The notes below the pieces were generated by a model that was not told the DNA's origin, searched no databases, and was given only the letters and a program-made list of their open reading frames with translations. From positions 1 through 35,706 of the forward strand of contig JARQWU010000089.1 of NCBI GenBank assembly GCA_040182905.1: 35,706 nucleotides of DNA. Reading direction: 5' to 3'. A program made the translations under genes and the position numbers. Positions 20,501 through 28,220 of this stretch are shown here, piece by piece; position 1 is the first letter of the stretch; every line of letters begins with the position of its first letter. Source of the stretch: Barthelona sp. PAP020 (lineage: Eukaryota).

Positions 20501-21000
20501 AAAAAATTCTGAAGAACCAACTCAAGACAATCAGAAGATCAAAGCGTGAAAAATTGAAAGAATATCAAAGAGTGAAGCAAAATCGCAAAGGCTCAAAAAT
20601 TGATGAGATTATTGAAGATGTGCATGATATGACAATTGCTGAAGCCGAAAAGTTGGTCGATGCTGAAAATGAGGATGCTGATGTTATTGTTAAAGATAAT
20701 GATCACATTGTAGTGATGGATAAATCTTCTTCTTATGAAGAAAAAGCGAATGATGAATATGATTCAAGTGAATCAAACACACATAAATATTATGACAAAA
20801 AGAAAAGGAATAATACCATTGAACAACCAAGACTTTATACAACAGGAAAACAATACCAACAAAGAAAGGCTGGTGGTGATAGATCAAATGATGGTTCAAA
20901 ACCAATGGCATATTTGCCATTTAATCCAAAGATACTTAATAAACGCAACAAAAGAAAAGAAAAGGGTTTTGAGCAGTTCTTCAAAAACAAAAAGAAATAA
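17524..21000 (+). CDS. RRP12: RRP12-like HEAT-repeat ribosome biogenesis protein (NUC173 domain), 1158 aa
   Basis: SATAYFGILL near the N-terminus, IWKMFPSFCLYPIDF, and C-terminal KAGGDRSNDGSKPMAYLPFNPKILNKR (compare KAKGDVKK...PYAYIPL). First ATG at 17524; the track start is a GTG. Confidence 0.88.
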   Translation: MDFFSEVFLQKNSSAIAQKRLGYLKLCSDVISEKQQNPSATAYFGILLNLLRMDDDFSDDDEAAIIYLLSIIVIQVPKPVIVDRFESIIRLIFDKIEKYEENSFIKYHIQVLEYVFKIVSDQIGKTVVSSKIRDLFPYCLHSNGKLRHSIHTLYKTLAESVSHSERLSKGFTQLISPFMANFTESSTSSSLTDTLYILQLVTNCFPYLNIKSYVSAKEFSSFIEYIVTEMKLSSPKVSNLIIGGYDRYFTLIQQSISDGETVSDSSLELNLNTLLKLRLHITSDEMTSHKFVNSYTNGVLSSFIYRNSQDILVDSPINSTFLERKTETCLVLLVKGVFELKKKTATQKALNYLCKLTETCFKGEGLHIETMIDKFSQFGDEMLSINYQWLWPVLFQWFSVFFRCFPAKHFEKVQPLIEKLDEIYFTFIKFLPADNAETTEELDIILPAPAARQHFFEMFSSLISNVKPSIILDLLPLGLSTENSRIYLVRALQKSSSNSQLSVFKTPLLEEVQELVSLANDSEIPEEKAEIIQLVEEIWKMFPSFCLYPIDFDEVFPSLVNSCGGTIKNASIFAPYVGIGLKNLVDTCLWEFNNNENGQKQNLSLAKGDIEGNGTALLLARSFDFARLLMLVASPAKNNKFSDSQFHQIVESISALSSVLNSEQLIKLFEIAFKTLEQSIVSEALDSGNFALDMVIAILEGMKCHIERLGSISDFSTEYLSEIKGKVIACCHSKVVSYQKKGYRCLLSLTSIVDFDFFENIDFENDLDIGSVLEGSKSYRLQLFTAVLKKLFEEENKNENFIDVVSSFIPETILGFASSSQKTRNAAIDLLNTIVICLTSQGIVVDHIVLMLLAGIDGETQHMVAASLQTVTSLLVNHKDEIKEETFTRILQVTCELFQTKSREIARPLFGLIRTIVACAKRESYEKYTADILLASLHYFTLSKKFQQGVKILVERLLRKYDDEELMKLLKSCANSEGQVITAGTERPLNVYEKILKNQLKTIRRSKREKLKEYQRVKQNRKGSKIDEIIEDVHDMTIAEAEKLVDAENEDADVIVKDNDHIVVMDKSSSYEEKANDEYDSSESNTHKYYDKKKRNNTIEQPRLYTTGKQYQQRKAGGDRSNDGSKPMAYLPFNPKILNKRNKRKEKGFEQFFKNKKK

Positions 21001-21089
21001 TTTTTTTTTCAAAAAATTAAACAGAAAGAAGATACAATACGGAATACATAAATTATAAAAATAAGCCAAACTTTTTTTTTTGTCATCTT

Positions 21090-22058
21090 CTAGGAGTTTG
21101 TCATATTTTGTGAAACAATTTTCAAAAATCTGATTGCTTCCTGCAAAATAACACGTTCATGTTGAACTTCCATCACGCTTGAATTAGGTCTGGGATTAAA
21201 TGAAAACAAATTTTGAGGTTCCATGATGGATAATGCAGAAGGAACGTTTGAATCTTCAATGTTTGACAAAGAAGATGAATGAACACCACTCAAAAGCAAA
21301 ACTTCAGACAAATGAGACAAATTATCATCTGACAACATTTGATTCAAACAAATATTCTTTGAAGAACGCAAATCACTGATTTCTTGATTGATTACAGTAT
21401 CTGGGGTAATATTGGCGTGAGAAGAAGGGATGTCAACGAGTGGAGGAATATTTTTATTTTCTTGAGGCAGTGGCAAATTCATGGAAGGAATTTCAACATC
21501 ATGATCATCATCAACAACAAAAGATTCATATTGTATAAAAGCGCTCTGTTGTGCATTGTCATCAAAATCAATAAGAAGTGGTGCAAGATTTTTTGATTTT
21601 TTACTTCTCAAAGTTGGGGCAGAAGCATTGATTTTTTCTTCTTTTTTTTTCAATTTTTGATTCTTTTTCCGTAATTCTTTCCTAACCTCGGCTAACGCTT
21701 CGCTGCCAGGTCTATTCAAACAATTTTTACATCTACATTGATCCGTACAATATACTCCCGCATCAAAACACACACAATATTTCTTCAAACAATTCGATTT
21801 TGAACAATTACACACCAATTCTTGGCTTTTTTGAACAAATGCTTCTGGATTTCTCTGCATGATTGCAGTCCTGGCTGCGCTTCGTTCATTTTCGTACTGA
21901 GGAAGATTATGGCAATCAGAGCAGATGCACATTTCATTACAATAAATACCACTTTTAAAACATTCACAATACCTACAAAAGTCGTTAGTAATTATAATTT
22001 TTGTATCAAAATACAATTTTAAACATCGAGATTTTCGACACTTACAAGTGATCACCAT
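21090..22058 (-). CDS. LIN54: LIN54/tesmin/TSO1-type double CRC (CXC) domain protein, 308 aa; exons 22058-22015 and 21972-21090
   Basis: After splicing: CKCRKSRCLKL|YCECFKSGIYC...C.DCHN, RNPEAF linker, second CRC CNCSKSNCLKKYCVCF...CRCKNCLN, and a C-terminal ERVILQEAIRFLKIV helix resembling LIN54. Confidence 0.88.
   Translation of the reverse strand: MVITCKCRKSRCLKLYFDTKIIITNDFCRYCECFKSGIYCNEMCICSDCHNLPQYENERSAARTAIMQRNPEAFVQKSQELVCNCSKSNCLKKYCVCFDAGVYCTDQCRCKNCLNRPGSEALAEVRKELRKKNQKLKKKEEKINASAPTLRSKKSKNLAPLLIDFDDNAQQSAFIQYESFVVDDDHDVEIPSMNLPLPQENKNIPPLVDIPSSHANITPDTVINQEISDLRSSKNICLNQMLSDDNLSHLSEVLLLSGVHSSSLSNIEDSNVPSALSIMEPQNLFSFNPRPNSSVMEVQHERVILQEAIRFLKIVSQNMTNS
21973..22014 (-). other. 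42-nt in-frame spliceosomal intron in the CXC gene (phase 2)
   Basis: GTATTTTGATACAAAAATTATAATTACTAACGACTTTTGTAG with a perfect TACTAAC; removal restores the conserved CLKLYCECF. Confidence 0.88.
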
Positions 22059-22100
22059 GAACAAAATTCTGAGAAGGAAAATGACTTTCATATTTTTTTT
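22059..22100. promoter_or_regulatory. 42-bp divergent intergenic region (LIN54-like / calcineurin B), putative bidirectional core promoter
   Basis: Contains GAAGGAAAATGACTTTCATATTTTTTTT; TCAT(A)TTTT initiator-like words occur on both strands. Confidence 0.6.
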
Positions 22101-22693
22101 ATGGGACCTCAACCATCCAATCTTTCAAACGAACAATTGAAAGATTTGCAAGAACAATCACAACGTATTTTTGTCTTGCTTCATCTTTTTTTCTAACTTT
22201 TTTAGTCACACGAGAAGAACTCGATAAACTATGGCGTAGTTTTCAAACTTTAGACCGAGACAACAATGGATCGATCGATAGAGATGAATTTGCAGCGATT
22301 CCAGATTTTAAAATGAATGAACTAAAAACTCGATTGTTGTCTTTGATGGATGTTGACCAAAACAATGGTGTTGATTTCGATGAATTTGTCCAGGCTTTTT
22401 CTTTATTTTCTCCTGCAGGAGATGTCACCCAGAAAATGAGATTTATGTTTAATGTATATGATGTGGATGGTGATGATTTCATTTCAAATGGAGAATTGTT
22501 TCAAGTTCTGAAGATGATGATAGGCAACAATCTTGGTGAGGTTCAATTGCAACAAATGGTCGACAAAACAATTGCCTTGGCTGATCTTGATGGAGACGGC
22601 AGAGTCAGTTTTGAAGAATTTTGTACTTTTTTGAATTCCAAAGATGATTTGAAGGCCATTTTCACACAAAAACTCAGAGTGGACATCAATTGA
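22101..22693 (+). CDS. CNB1: Calcineurin B regulatory subunit (four EF-hands), 183 aa; exons 22101-22164 and 22206-22693
   Basis: Spliced MGPQPSNLSNEQLKDLQEQSQ|LTREELDKLWRSFQTLDRDNNGSIDRDEF...; signature FISNGELFQVLKMMIGNNLGEVQLQQMVDKTI...DLDGDGRVSFEEF. Confidence 0.93.
22165..22205 (+). other. 41-nt spliceosomal intron in calcineurin B (phase 1)
   Basis: Begins GTATTTTTGTC and ends TTCTAACTTTTTTAG; links the MG start to EF-hand 1 in frame. Confidence 0.92.
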
Positions 22694-24119
22694 TGTACTT
22701 TTCAATAAATTTTTTCACTTTTTCGTTTTTATTTTGGTTTCAAACTTTTCCATCAAAAATTCTTGTGAAGGTGGTTTGTTTGTTCTCTTTTCAAGTTTCT
22801 CCAAATCAATTTCTTTTGAGACCCCACTGTCGTTCTGGTTACTTGACATTCTTTTGGTATACTTCACCGTCTTTTGGATTCTCACCTTCTCAACCAACAA
22901 TTTTTCCCTCACTTGAATATCAATTTTGGGGGGGTTGTCATAAAATAAAAAGTAGTTTCTTTTGAGAGAAACACTTTGATTGTGTTATCATAAAATGATT
23001 CTTAAGACATTTCTTTTTGCAACAGCAACGTTCATCAATATTAATATTGTTTCCTTTTTTTTCTGTTTTTATAAAATACAAAGACATTTATTATTAATTG
23101 ATAATCTTCAAAAATTGATTTGCTAAAGTTTGCATTTCTATCTTTATGAAAGCCCATTGTTGTGTTTGAAAAAAAACAAAGAGACAAATCATTGAAAATG
23201 GAAATATTCAAAATTTTCAAGAATATTTTACTTTTAAAAACCTATTCAAAATATTTTATTAAGAATTTAATTTGACGTTGTAACTTAATCCATTCTTTAA
23301 TAATTATTTTCTGATAAATCTAAATAATTTTGAGTAATTACGGAATAAGAACTTTTCAAATAAAGTGAAATGTATGTTGACATTCAATGATATGAAAGGA
23401 AAGGATGAGTTTTTTAAATTGAAATAATGGATTACTATTTTCCATTTAATCCACAATCAAAATGGTTTATGTGCAAAGATGGAATTAACGTTAATAAATT
23501 TACCCAAATTTTACCAAATCATAAATATTCTGAATAAAACGATTGTTTTACTTAAACTTTATAATAAATTCTTTAAAAACAAAGAAATATGCAGGGCAGA
23601 GTTCTGTTGCATATTGTTAATTTTCAAAGGCCAAAAGAATTATGAAGAAAAGAACCTTTTTGGAAAAGATTATATGTTTAATATACGTTTTATTGTTCAA
23701 GTGTAAAAATTGAATTACTTTAAATTGGCTATTTTTTTAAACCTTTGAAAAATATTCAAAACATTTAAGAAATTCAATAAATTTATTAGAATATGTGAAG
23801 TCTTGAACAAATTTGAAAACAAAAGAGAAAACAAATATACATATCACTTTGAAATAAATGAGCTTCATTGAATTTGAAATCTGATGTTTTGAAAGCACCA
23901 AAAACAATCCTTTATCAAATAACAAAAACATCTGAAGCAACACACAAAAAAGAAGGGAAAGGTCTGAAATCCAAATAAATTCAATCAATGAAATAGAATG
24001 TGAAAAGGGGTAAAAGGAAAATTTAAAGGACATTTCCAAAACCTGTGATCTTTGACTGGAGATTTCACAAAGAAAAAAAAAATATTGCCGATTTTTATAA
24101 AAACCAAAAATTGTCTGTT

Positions 24120-25329
24120 TCAATTCTTGGCATGAGGTGGAATTAATTTTTCAATCTCATTTGGGGAATACATTTGCAACTCAGCCTCACAAAAATCAAA
24201 AAGGGGAGGAAGAGGATGATTTTGAGGCAAACTGAAATCAGGTGATCTGAGTTCATCAAAAAAGGGATGTAACAAAGCTTGTGAAGTGGAAATACGAGTG
24301 TGTGGATCATAAACCAACAATTTGGCAAGCAAATCAATGGCATCATCAGATGCCCGAAAAACACGGAAAAATCTTTTGAAATCTGTCGTTGAAATACTTG
24401 GAAATGTTGTTCTTGCTCTGTATTCAGGATTCATAGCGCGGATGTCAGCTTTGGATGGAACTCCTAACAATCGAATTATGTTAATAAGCAGTTCAACTTG
24501 ACTTTGACCATGAAACAAAACTTGTCCTGAAATCATTTCAGCGAAAACACAGCCTGCTGACCATGCATCAATGGCAAATGAATACTTGGAAGCTTGAAAA
24601 ATGAGTTCAGGTGCACGATAATATCTGGATGAAATGTAATAAACATTGTTTTGAGTTGGGACCAACTTTTTAGCTGACCCAAAATCACATACAACTAATC
24701 TTCCTGTTGAAGGATTGACTAAAATATTGTGAGGTTTGATATCACGATGACAAATACCAAGAGCATGACAATAGGCTAAGCCTCGTAACATTTGATAGGT
24801 GTACAATTTTATGAACTTCATGTGTATTGTTTGATGATTGCTTGAATAATATCTTATTATTCTTGCCAAATTCTCAGGGAAATATTCCATTACAAGATTT
24901 AAAAAAACACCGTCTGACCTGTTGGCATTTGTATAGAATGGAACAAATAATTTAACAACATTGACATGATGCAATTCCTTCATAATTTCCAATTCACGAT
25001 TTTTGTATCTTCTATCTTGAAAGACCTTTTTAATTGCAACAACTTCTGCAGTTTCAACACATTTTGCATTAAACACATGTCCAAAACTGCCTGATCCAAC
25101 AACTTGTTTAATTATAAAAGTAAAAAATTCTTCGGGTAAAAAAGGATGATTAATTTGAATTCTATCATCTTGACGATAGTCTTGATATCGATGTTGAACT
25201 ATTAATAGTTAGAAAAATAAAACCAAAAAAAATACTGCTAACATCATGCTTTCGAAGCTCACTTTCCAATTCAACAAGTGAATTTGGCGCAACTGGTGCT
25301 TCTTCAACTTCAATAACGGAATTTGGCAT
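24120..25329 (-). CDS. GSK3: GSK3/shaggy-family Ser/Thr kinase, 390 aa; exons 25329-25236 and 25198-24120
   Basis: VVGSGSFGHVF Gly-loop (upstream of the track start), [60 protein letters not shown]. Confidence 0.95.
25199..25235 (-). other. 37-nt spliceosomal intron in GSK3 (phase 1)
   Basis: Begins GTATTTTT and ends TTTTCTAACTATTAATAG; joins the ATG 25329 exon to the kinase frame. Confidence 0.85.
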
Positions 25330-25563
25330 TTAAAAAAAATTCAAGAATTGAATGGTCTAATCTTTTTCTTCTACAGTTTCAGAAAATTATTTCAAAAAAT
25401 GAATACAATTTATTGTTGATAAAAATGTAATAATAATAAAGAAAGTAATAAACGCAAAACACCTTCATTGTCAAAATTTGGAAAAAAAATTCCTTAATGA
25501 TTGTATAAACAATAAAACAATAAAAAAAATTAGAAATATTTATAAAATATCTGAAAAAAGTCT

Positions 25564-28165
25564 CTATTTTGCACGATGTTTAACAATATCATAAATTCTC
25601 TTTAAACGTTTGGATTCTTCACGAACGGTGACATCCGGTGAATTTTTCGTGTGGTCAATCAATTGAATTATCCAATCCTTTTTATCTCTGTGTTCAGTAA
25701 GGTCCAACTGAGAGTAATATAGAGGCAACATGTCATGGACAACAGTACATAATTGCTCATACAAAGATATTTGGGTTGATTCATCTTGAATAACAAACTT
25801 TAACCAATCTACAATATGAGGAACATAAGGTTCAAAACTATCAGTACATTGGTCCCGATGAAATCCATGGAACACTGAAGAAAGGAAAACCAATAAAGAA
25901 TAACGTAAATCATTCACATGGTTAACGTGTTCAATATCATCAACATCTTCAATTGTAACAGAAAATCCAATATCACCTAAAACAGTCATGGTTTCTTCAA
26001 GATATCCCAAAAAATCCTCACCAGCAATTAACACTAAATCTCCAAGTAATTCAATATAGGAAGTACAAATATCAGGAGTCATTGCATCACTGGAAAATCC
26101 TTCGATCAATGGTTCAATCAGCTGAGGAAGATAAGGCTTTAAGACATCATCGACTGCTTTTGCGATGTCCATAATAGCACCAATCGTATGCATGACAACT
26201 AAACCACTGTTAATGTTTTGCAAACCAACACTCAAATGGCCAATCAATTCATCAGACAAATAATCCTCAAAATCTGCTCCAACTGTTAAAGCCAATCTAC
26301 CTATTAAGAGCATAATTTCATCAACAGCATCTTTGTTAGCTGCTTGAGGAATCATTGATTGCAGAATTACAATTGACTCATGCGCTTCTTTGGAAATTTT
26401 ATTTCCTAATCTTGAAATAACTTCATACAACAAAGTGCATATGTGGGTTTGATAAGTACCTGTTTCACCACTTAAATTCATTGTCTCTTCCAAACGATTG
26501 ATAAGATGAGTCATCAAATCAGTCAAAACATCAAAAGTATTAACAGCTGCAGCACGAACAACAGCAGCCATAGCCAAATAACATGATGAAAGCAGATCAA
26601 AATTAGTCTTATCTTGTTCATCAGCACGCTCCATCAAAGCAACAATAAAGTCTTTAACAAAAGGAGATAAACGGTTTGTTTCTTCATCCTTAAACTTCTC
26701 AAATCGTTTAGATAATGAATGAATTGCATAACAAACATTGGAAGCAACTCTAGCTGAATCATCTAACGACTTAAGTAATTGAGGAACAACATCTGTAACA
26801 AATTCTCCCCAACAATGACTATCATGATGCTCAAAAATTCTGGCCAAACAATATACAGAACCATCCCTGACACAAATATTTTCATCATTCATCCATTCTA
26901 ATAAATCAGGAATTGATTCATGAATAATAGAACGAATATTACTTTGAGAAGAAGGTCCTTCAATAATAGATGCAAAGGCCATGATTGCACCTGAACGATT
27001 TCTCCAGTTGGAATTATCCGAAAGATTTTCTTCCAAAAATGGTGTGACAATATCAACAATATCATCTCCAATTGCAATAGATAAATGAATTAAACAGTTT
27101 GCGGCAATTTCAACAATTGTTTGAATTTGATCATCAAAAAGATCTTCATCTTGATGTGTAAGTTTTGCACAAAGTTTAGGCACAACATTCGAAGCAAGCA
27201 TTTTGCATAATCCCAGAGATTCACGTTCCGGTTCTTCCCCATATTCAATATATTCGGCCGCAGAAAAATTAATTTCAGATTCTGTTTGCGCTACAATAGT
27301 AAAAAAATCAATACCTTGGCGAGCGATCTTTTCACTATCAATATCCATTGCAGCAAGCATCATCTCTGAAATATCTTCGGCTGTATATTCCAACAAATCA
27401 TAATACATTTCTGCCATGCCATTAATTGTTTGCAAAGCAGCTACCATACTTTTTTCATCATCAGATGAATTAATTACACCCAACAGCATGTTCGTAACAT
27501 CCTTACCTCCTTCAGGATCTTTCATTATATCTTTCAAAAACACCAAAGTGTGTTGAAGTGCTTTACAAGCCTCGAACTTCACAGAATCCTCTTCATCAGT
27601 ATCCAAACCTCTGGCAATTGAATTTAAAATATTATCAGAATATTCAACAAGATGCTTTGGATCAGATTTCTCACAAATATGTCCTAAAACAGTTAAAGCT
27701 GTTTCACGAATGAAAACAGTCTCATTGTCATAACAAGATGTCAATCTTTCCAATAAATCAGGCCATAAATTATAAGGAATCTCAACAAGAGCAATTTCAA
27801 TGACAATAGACATTGCCCCCATTCTAACTTCTAATTCATCATTACCTAAAAGAGGCAAAACGGCATCTTTGATAGACTCTCTTGAAACTTCATCAAATTG
27901 ACTCCAAGTATCAAAACAAATGACTAATTTAACCAACTCAGAAGCAAATTGACGAATATACTTGGAATCAATCTCCGTTTCCAAATTATCATCAGCAATA
28001 ACTTCCATTAGTTGCAAACAATAATTCTCAGGTGTTTCTTTACCCCATCCCAAAAACCTTTCATGAATTGAAGTGTCTAAACAATTAGAGAAAATAAAAT
28101 GTAACTTACATACCCCCTTTAAAAGCAGTGACCAATAATGCCACAATCTCTTCAACAGAGCTCAT
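25564..28165 (-). CDS. KPNB1: Importin subunit beta-1 (karyopherin beta), 854 aa; exons 28165-28114 and 28076-25564
   Basis: EIPYNLWPDLL, ALTVLGHICE, acidic HEAT8 loop LTHQDEDLFDD, NWRNRSGAIMAFASIIEGP, ARVASNVCYAI. Spliced N-terminus MSSVEEIVALLVTAFKG|DTSIHE. Confidence 0.9.
28077..28113 (-). other. 37-nt spliceosomal intron in importin beta (phase 1)
   Basis: GTATGTAAGTTACATTTTATTTTCTCTAATTGTTTAG; restores the frame from ATG 28165. Confidence 0.9.
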
Positions 28166-28220
28166 AAAAACGAAAGAAAAATATTACTTTTCATATTTTT
28201 TCGGATTTGTTATTGCATCA
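28166..28220. promoter_or_regulatory. 55-bp divergent intergenic region (importin beta / RPC2), putative bidirectional core promoter
   Basis: GAAAGAAAAATATTACTTTTCATATTTTTT core, closely similar to the core at 22059-22100. Confidence 0.6.

Noticed and set aside
23737..24123. 128-aa Phe-rich minus-strand ORF abutting the GSK3 stop
   Set aside because: TTG start overlapping the GSK3 stop; composition reflects T-rich DNA; no domain.
28128..28220. Apparent overlap of the importin beta and RPC2 ORFs, and non-ATG starts in the ORF track
   Set aside because: Artefact of TTG/GTG starts and an unspliced intron; the ATG starts at 28165 and 28221 do not overlap.
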